Below, one piece after another: positions 9,213 to 19,446 of a stretch of 64,000 nucleotides of DNA. Below the pieces are notes generated by a model, which was not told the origin of the DNA, did not search any database, and saw only the letters and a program-made list of their open reading frames with translations. Each line of letters starts with the position of its first letter. Within the stretch, counting starts at the first letter, position 1. The DNA comes from Bacteroidia bacterium (GTDB lineage: Bacteria > Bacteroidota > Bacteroidia > NS11-12g > UBA9320), in NCBI GenBank assembly GCA_020053795.1, contig JAGVMN010000005.1:18907-82906 (forward strand), written 5' to 3'. A program made the position numbers and the translations under genes.

Positions 9213-10949
9213 CTATCGTAATACTCGAATCTCACCCGTTAGCGTTACTCTTTCCTGATTGAGTGAATAAATCTCTGCCACATAAAAATAGACACCTGAT
9301 GGAACAATATTTTCTCGATATTGCCCATACCATGCGTCAGAGAGCGAATATGACTGAAAAATTCTTTCTCCCCAGCGGTTATAGATAGAAAACCAGGACT
9401 TTTCAATATCAATGTTATTTCCAATAATAACAAATTTGTCATTAACCCCACCGGGAATAATGGTGTTGGGCATGTAATAACTAAATAGGGGGATTTTACA
9501 CACGATATTTGATTCGCTGTAGGAATTTACACCTAATGGATTATTAACTTCCGATGCTTGGACATAAAAACATTTGGTTAAAGATGAGTTAGGTTCATCG
9601 GTGGTTAAGTAAGTTAATTCTAATGAAGCAGGTCTCAACAATTTCCACGTGGTACCAGAACCGTCAAAAACGCTAAAACCTTGATTTGACCCCAACCAAC
9701 CCGCATAATCATTCCATTCAAGAGTTTTGTCTTTTAGCTCAAGTAATATATTTGAAGAAGTATTGGATTCATTTAATATTTCACCACAAAAATCAAAAAG
9801 AACCACTTTATATTTAGCAAGGTCTTTTGAAACAGAAACGTTGTTATCGGTAAAAGAAAATGACAAAGAGGGGTTGGGTACACTAAAAGTTGAAACAAAA
9901 GGAGAATTATTTTTACTTATGAATAATTCAGCTTTCGCAACATCTCTTAAGCGATTTCCGGACCAATTAACCAATATTGAATTATTGTTTTGTACCGTGA
10001 CCTGATTAATATAGTTCAGTGAAGGAGTAATTTTCGCCCTAGTGTGTACACATGAAATATTGGAGCTGGAAGTCGTAGCAGGATCACCAGATTTAAATGC
10101 CCGAACATAAAAGCAAATCGAGTCACCAAGTTTAGTCGAATCAAAAAGAAGACTTTTTGTGGTTGCGGGAACGGATTGTAAACTTTTATACCCCAAGCCA
10201 TTTTGGTTATAGTAAACTATATAGCTTTGTGGAGACCAACCCCCGTAAAGAGACCAATTCAAAAAAGCACGTCGAGTGCAGGTGTCAAAAAAAGTTCCTA
10301 ATGAAATGGTTTTGTGAGGGGACGAAATGGGGGAATAAAGATTACAACTGTCATAAGCGGCAATTGTAATCTCAATATTATTGTTGGTAACTTGATAAAG
10401 GAGATAATTAATTGAACTTGTGTCAGACAAAGAGTCGCTATTTGTATTGGCTAGGTATTGATAAATGCGGTAACCTTTTTGGTCAGGTGCAACATTTTTT
10501 TGCCAACCGATAATTATTTTCTGTGTTATGAAATCAATACTAACAGAGTCAATTTGTGAGATAGGTGGCTTACTCAGATCAACACTGAGAATATTGGAAT
10601 TGAAACTATCTATACCATTACAAGCCAATGAAGTGACAATGTAAAATTCCCAATCACTAAAGTTTAAATTGGGCAATTTAAGTTGCCAGGAGTTCATACC
10701 ACTCGCAATAACACCCGACATTGGCACAAATGGATTAATGGTCCCCTCTCTTCCATAAATACGGTTCCCTGTAAAGGACATACAAGTATCACTTGGGTTA
10801 GTCCATTGAAGTGTGATGATAGAATCCTGAAAATTTGGACAAATTCTGTTCAAAATAACAGGTGAATCAACTGCAAGAAGACTTGAGGTGAAACCAAACA
10901 AAAGTGAATATAAGATCAGCCTTCGAATCAAAATGTAATTAATATGCAA
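9213..10949 (-). CDS. Surface protein with a type-B T9SS (gliding motility-associated) C-terminal domain
   Basis: N-terminal signal peptide. The C-terminus YMPNTIIPGGVNDKFVI...FSIYNRWGERIFQS...WYGQY...SGVYFYVAEI matches the type-B CTD pattern. Confidence 0.8.
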   Translation of the reverse strand: MHINYILIRRLILYSLLFGFTSSLLAVDSPVILNRICPNFQDSIITLQWTNPSDTCMSFTGNRIYGREGTINPFVPMSGVIASGMNSWQLKLPNLNFSDWEFYIVTSLACNGIDSFNSNILSVDLSKPPISQIDSVSIDFITQKIIIGWQKNVAPDQKGYRIYQYLANTNSDSLSDTSSINYLLYQVTNNNIEITIAAYDSCNLYSPISSPHKTISLGTFFDTCTRRAFLNWSLYGGWSPQSYIVYYNQNGLGYKSLQSVPATTKSLLFDSTKLGDSICFYVRAFKSGDPATTSSSNISCVHTRAKITPSLNYINQVTVQNNNSILVNWSGNRLRDVAKAELFISKNNSPFVSTFSVPNPSLSFSFTDNNVSVSKDLAKYKVVLFDFCGEILNESNTSSNILLELKDKTLEWNDYAGWLGSNQGFSVFDGSGTTWKLLRPASLELTYLTTDEPNSSLTKCFYVQASEVNNPLGVNSYSESNIVCKIPLFSYYMPNTIIPGGVNDKFVIIGNNIDIEKSWFSIYNRWGERIFQSYSLSDAWYGQYRENIVPSGVYFYVAEIYSLNQERVTLTGEIRVLR

Positions 10950-11122
10950 AGATAATTAACGCTTTAAGGTTATAACTGTTGTATTAACAATGGAAAATTA
11001 AACACGTATCTTTGAATAAATTCCTTAAAGAATAACGATATGATTTAACTGGATGATTATGAGACGTTTAATAAATTTGAAGAAACACAATAATAATATT
11101 GAAAGGTTAAAATTTGCAATAA

Positions 11123-11947
11123 ATGAGAAATCAAAATAGACAGGTAGTTAGTCTTCAAAGGCAAAAAAGTAATAGTGAGCAGAAAAAGCATCCGATACAA
11201 TCAGAAACAACTCCCAAAGAATCAGTTTCAACCAGACTCAATAAGTTCATAGCAAATGCAGGTATTTGCAGTAGACGTAGGGCAGATGAGTTAATAGAAA
11301 ACGGGCAAATTACCGTTGATGGGAGGATTATTACAGAATTGGGCTTCAAAGTGGGGTTCAGCTCAAAGGTGTATTTTCAAGGCAGGGAACTTTTTCCAGA
11401 GAAGAACAAGGTGTATATTGTATTGAATAAGCCAAAAAACTGCATTACAACCAGTGAAGACCCCGAGGGGAGAAAAATCGCATCAGATTATCTGGACAAT
11501 GAAATTAAAGAGCGTGTATATCCTGTTGGACGGCTGGATAGAAATACCACAGGAATACTCTTATTTACAAACGATGGAGAGTTGGCTCAAAAGCTTACTC
11601 ATCCGTCAAAAGAAGTGAAGAAAGTATATTTGGCCGAGCTGAATAAAGACTTTAAAAATGAAGATAGGTTAAAATTAACAGCGGGTATTCATTTGGAAGA
11701 TGGAGAAATTCATGCAGATAATGCAGCCTTTCCTGACGTATTCGATAAGAAGAAGGTGGGAATAGAAATACATTCAGGCAGAAACAGGATTGTGAGACGG
11801 ATGTTCGAACATTTGGGTTATGAGGTTAAAAAATTGGACCGGGTTTTATTTGCCGACTTAGATAAAAGAAAATTGAAACGCGGGGAATCGAGGAGGTTGA
11901 CAGAAAGAGAAGTTCGACAACTGAAACTATTGGTCAATTTGAAATAA
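11123..11947 (+). CDS. Pseudouridine synthase, RsuA/RluB family (S4 domain plus catalytic domain)
   Basis: S4 motif RLNKFIANAGICSRRRADELI and the catalytic motif VGRLDRNTTGILLFTNDGEL. Confidence 0.8.
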   Translation: MRNQNRQVVSLQRQKSNSEQKKHPIQSETTPKESVSTRLNKFIANAGICSRRRADELIENGQITVDGRIITELGFKVGFSSKVYFQGRELFPEKNKVYIVLNKPKNCITTSEDPEGRKIASDYLDNEIKERVYPVGRLDRNTTGILLFTNDGELAQKLTHPSKEVKKVYLAELNKDFKNEDRLKLTAGIHLEDGEIHADNAAFPDVFDKKKVGIEIHSGRNRIVRRMFEHLGYEVKKLDRVLFADLDKRKLKRGESRRLTEREVRQLKLLVNLK

Positions 11948-12101
11948 ATTTACGTTTATCTGGCGGGTCGGAAAGACAAAGATATTATACCTTTGATGGA
12001 CGGATAAAAATTTGCACGATGAAAAAATGTGATTTACCGGTCATTGTTTTTATTGGCTTGATATTATTCTGCCATGAGAAACCGTCTTATATTGACAATA
12101 T

Positions 12102-12764
12102 TTGAAACAAAAATCACTAAAGGACTCAACATCTGTTGCAACGGTAGTTCCACCAGATCCTATAAATGCCTTAATTGAAGACATAACCAGAGTCAAATGT
12201 GTAAATTACCCTAACGCAATTAATATACCTAAACGAATTTTTATGGCAAATCATGGAAGAGCGGTAGGCATCTATGTGTTTCCTAATATTCTTAATAATT
12301 TTACACCACATTACCCGTATTGGAACACACAAAATAAACAAGAAATTGAAAACATTGTAAGTCCGTCATTATTTACATTTACTAGCTTGTATGACAAAGC
12401 ATTAGACAGAAAGAAGTGCAAAACAAAGCCAACAATGGTGAAACCTTTAACAAAATGGAAGTCTAATGCGAATAACCGGCGAATAACAACAGGAAACTTT
12501 GACATGGAATCAGAGATTAAGGCTGATTCAACAAACAGGAAAGAAATAACTAAAGTAATACTTACATTTACTGCTGCCATTGCCAATCCGGTTTACCTGC
12601 CAATAATTGTCATTGAAAAGCACTTAATTTCACCACAATTGACCCCAAGATGGATAGAACAAAAGTACAAGCATTATCATGTTTTAAGGAAAAGTATCGC
12701 ACGGTATAAAAAAATTGGATTTGCTCAATCAATCGAAGCAGGAAGGGTAAATGAAAAAGTTTGA
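12102..12764 (+). CDS. Hypothetical protein, no recognisable family
   Basis: 220-codon open frame in AT-rich DNA, unlikely by chance. TTG start in the track; the first ATG is at 12243. The minus strand shows only short broken ORFs. Confidence 0.35.
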   Translation: MKQKSLKDSTSVATVVPPDPINALIEDITRVKCVNYPNAINIPKRIFMANHGRAVGIYVFPNILNNFTPHYPYWNTQNKQEIENIVSPSLFTFTSLYDKALDRKKCKTKPTMVKPLTKWKSNANNRRITTGNFDMESEIKADSTNRKEITKVILTFTAAIANPVYLPIIVIEKHLISPQLTPRWIEQKYKHYHVLRKSIARYKKIGFAQSIEAGRVNEKV

Positions 12765-12885
12765 AATATCACGATAATAAAAGCATTAAAACTTAAGGAT
12801 GACCGAAATACTGTCTTGGACAATCTCAATAAAGTTGAAATCAAGGAGGTGCTTCAATGTTTAAAAAAGGAAGTCAACTAAGAAT

Positions 12886-13782
12886 ATGGACCTTTTCCTG
12901 AAAAAGGGTTTTGAAAAGTATCTGCGGCTGGAAAAATCCCTCTCGGCCAATTCTATTCTGGCATATTTGAATGATCTAAGAAAATTTGATTTTTTTCTGA
13001 AAGATTCAGGCATTACCTTCGGCTATTATACTATAACAATACAAGAACTGCGAGAATTCAATAAATGGTTGACGATTTCTTTATTGGCCACAACCAGTAT
13101 GGCCCGAACCATGAGTAGTATTAAGGCATTTTATCAATTTCTGTTGGAAGATGGACATATTAAAACAGACCCAACGCTATTGTGGGAGGCACCCAAGCTG
13201 AGAAGGCATTTGCCGGAAGTTTTAAATCATCCGGAAATAGAAAGAATGATCGAAGCCATTGATTTAACTAAGACTATGGGCGAGAGAGATAAAGCCATTA
13301 TTGAGATTTTGTTTTCATGCGGCCTTCGGGTTTCTGAATTAGTGAATTTACGGTTAAAAGATATTAATTTCGAAGAAGGCTTTTGTCGGGTTATCGGAAA
13401 GGGCAACAAGGAGAGACTCGTACCTATCGGTTCGGTGGCTATGAATCAAACTGATCTGTTTTTGAAATATGTCAGACGTCATCAGGAGCCTAACGTTCAG
13501 GATAAAGACATTTTATTTCTCAATAATCGGGCTAAAAAACTAAGCCGGGTGAGTGTTTTCAAACTGACAAAATACCTTGCAAAAAAGGCAGGTATTTCAA
13601 AGAATATTAGCCCTCATACCTTCAGACATTCATTTGCAACAGTTTTGGTAGAGAATGGAGCAGATCTCAGGTCGGTTCAAATGATGTTGGGACATGAATC
13701 TATTTCTACAACAGAAATTTATACCCATATAGATCGCTCATTTTTGCAAAGTGTAATCAAAGACTTTCACCCGAGATCATAA
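12886..13782 (+). CDS. xerD: Site-specific tyrosine recombinase XerD
   Basis: 298 aa. N-terminal SAM-like domain (YLRLEKSLSANSILAYLNDL) and catalytic residues in HTFRHSFATVLVENGADLRSVQMMLGHESISTTEIYTH. Confidence 0.85.
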   Translation: MDLFLKKGFEKYLRLEKSLSANSILAYLNDLRKFDFFLKDSGITFGYYTITIQELREFNKWLTISLLATTSMARTMSSIKAFYQFLLEDGHIKTDPTLLWEAPKLRRHLPEVLNHPEIERMIEAIDLTKTMGERDKAIIEILFSCGLRVSELVNLRLKDINFEEGFCRVIGKGNKERLVPIGSVAMNQTDLFLKYVRRHQEPNVQDKDILFLNNRAKKLSRVSVFKLTKYLAKKAGISKNISPHTFRHSFATVLVENGADLRSVQMMLGHESISTTEIYTHIDRSFLQSVIKDFHPRS

Positions 13783-13785
13783 GCA

Positions 13786-14106
13786 GTGATAATTTATAAT
13801 GTAACGGTATGTGTGGATCAGGACATTCATGATGAATGGTGGCAATGGATGAAAACAGTCCATTTGCCGGAAGTTTTACAAACAGGTCGATTCCTGAATT
13901 GCCGAGTGTTCCGAATCCATAGCCATGACGCAGGAATGGAAGGAATCAACTATGCCATTCAGTATTCGGCTAAGACCATACAAGCCTATGAAAGTTATTT
14001 AGCTAATGAGGCACCCATACTGAAGAAGAAAACCTATGAAAGATATGGAGAAAAGGTTTTGGCCTTCCGGACAGTTTTAGAATTTGTTGATGAAATTAAG
14101 CCATAA
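13786..14106 (+). CDS. DUF4286-like protein
   Basis: GTG start. (M)IIYNVTVCVDQDIHDEWWQWMKTVHLPEV resembles DUF4286; the family is named from memory. Confidence 0.55.
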   Translation: MIIYNVTVCVDQDIHDEWWQWMKTVHLPEVLQTGRFLNCRVFRIHSHDAGMEGINYAIQYSAKTIQAYESYLANEAPILKKKTYERYGEKVLAFRTVLEFVDEIKP

Positions 14107-15433
14107 AATTCTTTTCATCTTTGGCTCCTTTTCTGAGGATGAACAAAATTGAACAAAGCAGCAAAGGCAAAACAGGAACTAAAAAACGACTGGCACCCAA
14201 TGGCCCGGTTAGAAAAACGAAATAAAAAATCGTGTTAAAAAGAAGAAGACGAAAAAGCAGCGAAATATTTTTTGATAAGAGAAAACAACCAAAACAGAAG
14301 AGTTTGAGAATATTGAAAATCAGAATTGAAAGTAATAGAAGCAACAGCATTAGAGATTGACTTTTTAGGTATGAGCCAATTGATTCGATATTGGTAATGG
14401 ATTTTTCCATCAATCCCGGGGTTTCCATTTTATCCAATGTGAAAAACTGATAAACATCAAATCGCCCGGGGTCAACCATCATTCGAATCATTCCTCCCAA
14501 ATGAATTTTAAAATAGAAAAATTTGTTTTCATTGATATAGTTAATGCAGCGTTCCCTGATTTGTGAGTTATTGAAAACAAAAGCCTGTCTTGTTCCGGGA
14601 ATAATCATTAATGGATCAAGTATAGAATCTGCCTTTTCGGTGCCATATTTATTCAAAAGCATATACCGTGTGTTGTAATGCAAGAGGTTGATGACTGAAA
14701 TACTACTAAAGTGGTACAGGCCTGTGACCCATCTATTTTGTATGGAGTAAAAGTGAATAACGAAGAGCGGCGTGAGAACCCAAATGAGCCCGATTAGACC
14801 GCTATAGTTTAAAGATCGCTTCCGAAATTGTATAAATACCCAAAACATAGGCAGTAAAAAGGCAAAGAAAAGAAAGACAGGTTTAGTGAGAAAGCCGGCA
14901 ATGACCAGTAACGAGGACCATACCCAATTTTTAGATCGGTTCGATTTGATCACCAGAATCACTTGGTGAAGCAACAACATCACAACAGTTTGCAACAGAA
15001 TTTCTGCCATGATAAGGTTGGCATAAATAACCTGACTGACTGAAAAGAGACAGGCCAATAAAAAAACAACAAATCGGAATTTGGATGGCTTGAATGAACC
15101 AACTTTAAAATGAAAAAGTCTGATTGCCAAAGCGATATTTAAAAGGCTCAAAAGGTTTTGTATTAATAAGGACAACCACTTATGATCAGATGTGGCACCG
15201 GTCGCCCAAAGAAACAAGGGGTAAAGGGGAGGGCGTTTTGTAAAGCCCCTGAAGTCAGTGGGGGCTTCCCAGTTGAAACAATAAAAACTCTTATGCAGAT
15301 TCCAATTATTAGCACTATTCAGGTACTCAATAGAATCGCGAAGCATGGGTTGGTACCTGAGACTCCAAAAATAAAAGAAAGAATGCAATGCAATAAGGCA
15401 TCCCCAAAACAGATATCGTTGATTTATACTCAC
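14096..15433 (-). CDS. Polytopic membrane protein, GT-C/ArnT-like glycosyltransferase fold suspected
   Basis: 445 aa with at least 9 hydrophobic helices. FTKRPPLYPLFLW resembles the GT39/ArnT family loop. Confidence 0.45.
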   Translation of the reverse strand: MSINQRYLFWGCLIALHSFFYFWSLRYQPMLRDSIEYLNSANNWNLHKSFYCFNWEAPTDFRGFTKRPPLYPLFLWATGATSDHKWLSLLIQNLLSLLNIALAIRLFHFKVGSFKPSKFRFVVFLLACLFSVSQVIYANLIMAEILLQTVVMLLLHQVILVIKSNRSKNWVWSSLLVIAGFLTKPVFLFFAFLLPMFWVFIQFRKRSLNYSGLIGLIWVLTPLFVIHFYSIQNRWVTGLYHFSSISVINLLHYNTRYMLLNKYGTEKADSILDPLMIIPGTRQAFVFNNSQIRERCINYINENKFFYFKIHLGGMIRMMVDPGRFDVYQFFTLDKMETPGLMEKSITNIESIGSYLKSQSLMLLLLLLSILIFNILKLFCFGCFLLSKNISLLFRLLLFNTIFYFVFLTGPLGASRFLVPVLPLLLCSILFILRKGAKDEKNFMA

Positions 15434-15566
15434 GTAACAACGGGATCAAATGTAGGTCAAATAATTTCAAAGAAAACACAACGCGTGAAGGGAAACAATT
15501 AACCGGACAGAAAATCAAATTGGTCAATTGAAAGAAGCGTTGTAATCTTGTAAAAAATTTCAGCAA

Positions 15567-16049
15567 ATGAAAAAATCAATTCTTACTTCTTTATTTCTGG
15601 CTTTGATGGCATGGTCGTTAACCACCTACAGTCAGGATTATAAAACAGCTTTTGGTTTTAGGCTGGGTCCATCCAGCGGGGTGTCGGTTAAACATTTTAT
15701 CAGCGAAAAGGCACTTTTAGAGGGAATATTGGCCAGAAGGTGGAGGGGTTTCAATCTGACGGGATTATATGAAATCAACAATGAAATAGTTTCTGTTCAG
15801 GGCATGAATTGGTATTATGGAGGCGGGGTACATATTGGTTCCTGGCAGGGGGGTAAAGGCCATAAATGGTTTAAAGAAGACAGGCTTTATAATGTCTTAG
15901 GTTTAGATGGAATTATCGGGTTGGAATATAATTTTGCAGAAGCACCGATAAATATAAGCCTCGATTATAAGCCAAGCTTCAATCTGCTTGGTTATATGGG
16001 AATTTGGGGCGATGAGGGGGCGGTTTCAATCAGATATATTTTCAAATAG
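15567..16049 (+). CDS. Small outer-membrane beta-barrel protein (putative)
   Basis: Signal peptide MKKSILTSLFLALMAWSLTTYSQ, alternating amphipathic strands, C-terminal ...AVSIRYIFK. Confidence 0.5.
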   Translation: MKKSILTSLFLALMAWSLTTYSQDYKTAFGFRLGPSSGVSVKHFISEKALLEGILARRWRGFNLTGLYEINNEIVSVQGMNWYYGGGVHIGSWQGGKGHKWFKEDRLYNVLGLDGIIGLEYNFAEAPINISLDYKPSFNLLGYMGIWGDEGAVSIRYIFK

Positions 16050-16063
16050 AAGTTTTTCGGATA

Positions 16064-16336
16064 TTATCTTAATATCTGGAAAACTTTAAAATGAACAACT
16101 TCTTTAGGCTCTTTTTCCAAACTGGAAACCATTGCCAAAGGTGGCCCCGTTTTGCACCAATCAATAAACTCATTCAGGCGTTCTTCCTCTCCCTCAACTT
16201 CGATGTAAACGGTGCCATCGGGCAGGTTTTTCACATAACCGGACAGCCCATTTTTCAGGGCTTCCGCTTGTACAGAAGCCCTAAAGAAAACATGCTGGAC
16301 TTTGCCGTAAATTTTGATTTGAAAGCCTTTAATCAT
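16064..16336 (-). CDS. acyP: Acylphosphatase
   Basis: 90 aa with motifs GKVQHVFFRASV and GYVKNLPDGTVYIEVEG. Confidence 0.85.
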   Translation of the reverse strand: MIKGFQIKIYGKVQHVFFRASVQAEALKNGLSGYVKNLPDGTVYIEVEGEEERLNEFIDWCKTGPPLAMVSSLEKEPKEVVHFKVFQILR

Positions 16337-16413
16337 AACAGAAGGATTTAGGCGAAAACCATAGATTCAATGTTATTTCGAAAGGTTGTTAACCTGTTCC
16401 TGTTCCTTTTTGG

Positions 16414-16776
16414 TTAAATCCATTCTAAACGGGGTCGGGTCCTTTCATTCATGATATTTCCGGTATTCAAAGCTGTAATAGGTTCAAACAAAAGAACCAA
16501 AACTTCTTCAACCGAAACGGGTCGGTGTTCTGTGCCTTTTGGAATTATAATGACTTCTCCTTCGTTTAAAATGATGTTCCCTTCTCGTAACTGCATGGTC
16601 AGTTGCCCTTTGAAAATTATAAACATTTCGTCTTCATGCTCGTGTAGGTGCCAGTCAAATTCCCCTTTAAGTTTCGCCAATTTTACAGCTTGTCCGTTTA
16701 ATTCGGCAATTATTCTGGGGTTCCAGTGATCAGAAAATAATTCAAATTTTTGGGCTATATTAATTTTTTTGATCAC
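16414..16776 (-). CDS. Cupin domain protein
   Basis: 120 aa; HLHEHEDEMFIIFKG...IIIPKGTEHRP fits the two cupin motifs. Confidence 0.75.
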   Translation of the reverse strand: MIKKINIAQKFELFSDHWNPRIIAELNGQAVKLAKLKGEFDWHLHEHEDEMFIIFKGQLTMQLREGNIILNEGEVIIIPKGTEHRPVSVEEVLVLLFEPITALNTGNIMNERTRPRLEWI

Positions 16777-16781
16777 AATCT

Positions 16782-19367
16782 TCAGGGTTTTTGTAGATTC
16801 TCAGATTGTTGTCCCTGAGATTCAGGTTGCGGTACCTTAGGCTCTTCAGGCACTTCGAGATTCATTTCTTCAATCATCTTTTCTATGGAGTCCATCAGGA
16901 TTTTATCATCGGCCTCGTTGTAAAAAGAGTCCTGGGCAACCACCATATTCCAGCAGTCGAATGTTTTCACCATTTTGTTTACAGGCTTGATAAATGGTCC
17001 TTTTTGGATGCCCGTTTTTTTGTCGTTGTAAACCAATTGCATCATCCGTCCGAAAATCGGTAAAGCCGTTCGCCCGCCTTGTCCACCGGCCGATTCGAAA
17101 TGAATACGCATGTCGTTGGCTCCTACCCAAACGCCCGTTACCAGGTTTTGGGTGATCCCGATATACCAGCCATCGGCATAATTGTTCGATGTTCCGGTTT
17201 TGCCACCGATTTCATTTCCCTGGCAAATGCCGTAATTGTATAATCTCCGGGAAGTGCCACCGGGTTCTTCAACACTGCCTCTCAGCAGAAAAGTCATTAA
17301 ATAGGCGTTTTCTTCATTGATCACTTGTTTTGCTTCACTTTCAAAGGTTCCAACCTGCCTGCCTTTACTGTCTTCAATTTTTGTTACCAAAACGATCTCA
17401 GGCCTTTTGCCTGAATTGGCAAAACAGGTATACGCCCTAGTCAGTTCCAGCAAGTTGACCGAACTGGTTCCCAAGCCAATGGAAAGTGTCTCCCGGAGTT
17501 TACTCTTGATTCCCAGTTTTTTAGCTGTTTGAACTACTTTTTTGGGTCCAACTTTGGCCGTCAGTTGGGCAGCAACCGTGTTGACAGATTGAGCCAATGC
17601 CGTTCTCAGCGTTATGTTTTCATAGGAATAAGTGCGGTTCGCATTTCTGGGTTCCCATTGCACTTTCTTTCCCTTTTCATAAGTGGGGATGGAGACCGGT
17701 TCATCCTTGAATTTGTCGCAAGGGCCCATGCCCTGCTCCAAAGCAGTAGCATAAAGGATTGGTTTAAAAGTACTGCCCGGTTGCCGGATAGATTGATTCA
17801 CATGATCGAATTTATAATGGGTCCAATCCAGATCGCCGACCCAGGCAATGACATGTCCGGTAATTGGGTCTATTGAAACCACTCCACAATGCAGGTTCTG
17901 AGTGGTGTGTTTGATCGAATCAATCGGACTCATCCTCACCTTCTTTTCCTTTCCTTTATCCAGGATGCTCATCCGCACAGGTTTTCTCATTTCGTTAAAT
18001 GCGGAATCAGGGGCGTAACCATTGGCCAGATAGGTTTTAAATCTTTCTGACTGAACCACTAATTGGCTCAGATGAATTTCCGTTTTAGTTGGTGGATCGG
18101 GTATTTTCGGGGCTTTCTTTTTTGGTTTTTTTATTGGTTTTGGTGTCAGCCTTTTTTGCTCCGCCTTTTCCTGGGCTATCTTATAATCAAACCAGTATTT
18201 GTTTCCCCACAGTCCGGATTCAAAGGCGGTTTGAATATGCTTCATGTTTTCATCAACGGATTGTTCAGCATATTTTTGAACATGGGAGTTAATAGTGGTA
18301 TAAATTTTCAAACCGTCAGTATAGAGGTTGTATTCATTTTTTTCGCACCAGTCCGCCAATTCACGAACAACAGCCGCCCTGAAATAAGGAGCAATACCTT
18401 CTTCCCTGACAATTTCCCTGATGTTCAGTTTGAGGGCTTTCTTAGCGTATTTTTTGAATTCCTTTTCAGAGATGAAGTCATATTTCTCCATCTGAGAAAG
18501 GACAGTGTTTCTGCGGTTTTTGGCTCGAACGGGATTGTTTCTCGGATTGTAGTAGCTGGGCCCTTTCAATATACCAATTAACAGGGCAGATTCTTCCAAC
18601 GACAGTTTATAGGGAGATTTGGAGAAATAGTATTCCGCAGCCGTCTTAATCCCAAAAGAGTTATTGCCAAAATCAACCACATTAAGGTATTGGGTTAAGA
18701 TTTCTTCTTTGGTAAAAAAGAATTCAATCTTCGAGGCCGTTATCCATTCCTTGATTTTAGCAATAATGGTTCGCAGTCCTGGAACGTATCCCAGAAGTCC
18801 CCTGGAGGAAAAATCGCGGGTTTTATAGATGTTTTTTACCAGTTGTTGGGTAATGGTGCTTCCTCCGCGTGCCTCTCCTTTTACGGTTGAAAAAATAGCC
18901 GAAACAATGGCGTAGAGGTCAAAACCATGATGCTTGAAAAATCTGATGTCCTCTGTAGCAACAAGGGCATCAATGGTTTTTGGGTGTATTTCCTTATATA
19001 CCACCGGTTCCCTTTCTTCAACAAAGAGTTTTCCCATCAGTTTTCCGTCTGCCGTGTAGAGTTCGGTGATCAGCGGAATCTTGGGGTTCCGAACTTCGTT
19101 CATACCGGGCATGTGGCCGAATACCCAAAGAAAATTGGTTTCAAGAAAAAACAGAAAAAACAATAGGACAATTAACCCTGTGTAAAAGATACTCAAAAGT
19201 TTGCGAAAAAAATTCAGTTCATTATACCTCGAATGGTTGAAAACCGACAAATGCCAGATTTTCTTCCAATAAGGTTGCAACCATTTAAGAAAGGTCTTGA
19301 TGTTCTCAAAAAGCTGAATAAAAAAATCGGCAATGCGTTTTTTCAAGGGTAAAAAATTCCTTTTCAA
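16782..19367 (-). CDS. mrcA: Penicillin-binding protein 1A (bifunctional transglycosylase/transpeptidase)
   Basis: GT51 motifs (EDIRFFKHHGFD, GGSTITQQLVKN) and transpeptidase motifs (QPGSTFKP, KTGTSN). N-terminal TM. Apparent TTG start. Confidence 0.9.
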   Translation of the reverse strand: MKRNFLPLKKRIADFFIQLFENIKTFLKWLQPYWKKIWHLSVFNHSRYNELNFFRKLLSIFYTGLIVLLFFLFFLETNFLWVFGHMPGMNEVRNPKIPLITELYTADGKLMGKLFVEEREPVVYKEIHPKTIDALVATEDIRFFKHHGFDLYAIVSAIFSTVKGEARGGSTITQQLVKNIYKTRDFSSRGLLGYVPGLRTIIAKIKEWITASKIEFFFTKEEILTQYLNVVDFGNNSFGIKTAAEYYFSKSPYKLSLEESALLIGILKGPSYYNPRNNPVRAKNRRNTVLSQMEKYDFISEKEFKKYAKKALKLNIREIVREEGIAPYFRAAVVRELADWCEKNEYNLYTDGLKIYTTINSHVQKYAEQSVDENMKHIQTAFESGLWGNKYWFDYKIAQEKAEQKRLTPKPIKKPKKKAPKIPDPPTKTEIHLSQLVVQSERFKTYLANGYAPDSAFNEMRKPVRMSILDKGKEKKVRMSPIDSIKHTTQNLHCGVVSIDPITGHVIAWVGDLDWTHYKFDHVNQSIRQPGSTFKPILYATALEQGMGPCDKFKDEPVSIPTYEKGKKVQWEPRNANRTYSYENITLRTALAQSVNTVAAQLTAKVGPKKVVQTAKKLGIKSKLRETLSIGLGTSSVNLLELTRAYTCFANSGKRPEIVLVTKIEDSKGRQVGTFESEAKQVINEENAYLMTFLLRGSVEEPGGTSRRLYNYGICQGNEIGGKTGTSNNYADGWYIGITQNLVTGVWVGANDMRIHFESAGGQGGRTALPIFGRMMQLVYNDKKTGIQKGPFIKPVNKMVKTFDCWNMVVAQDSFYNEADDKILMDSIEKMIEEMNLEVPEEPKVPQPESQGQQSENLQKP

Positions 19368-19374
19368 ACGTAAA

Positions 19375-19406
19375 CAAAATTCCCATAAATTCTAAAAGTT
19401 TATGGG
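19375..19406 (-). terminator. Putative intrinsic terminator after the anti-sigma/protease gene
   Basis: 8-bp stem cccataaa (19382-19389) / tttatggg (19399-19406). On the minus strand it is followed by aattttgttt. Confidence 0.45.
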
Positions 19407-19446
19407 TATGGGTTATTTGTGTAAATAATTACGCCGAAAGAAAACC

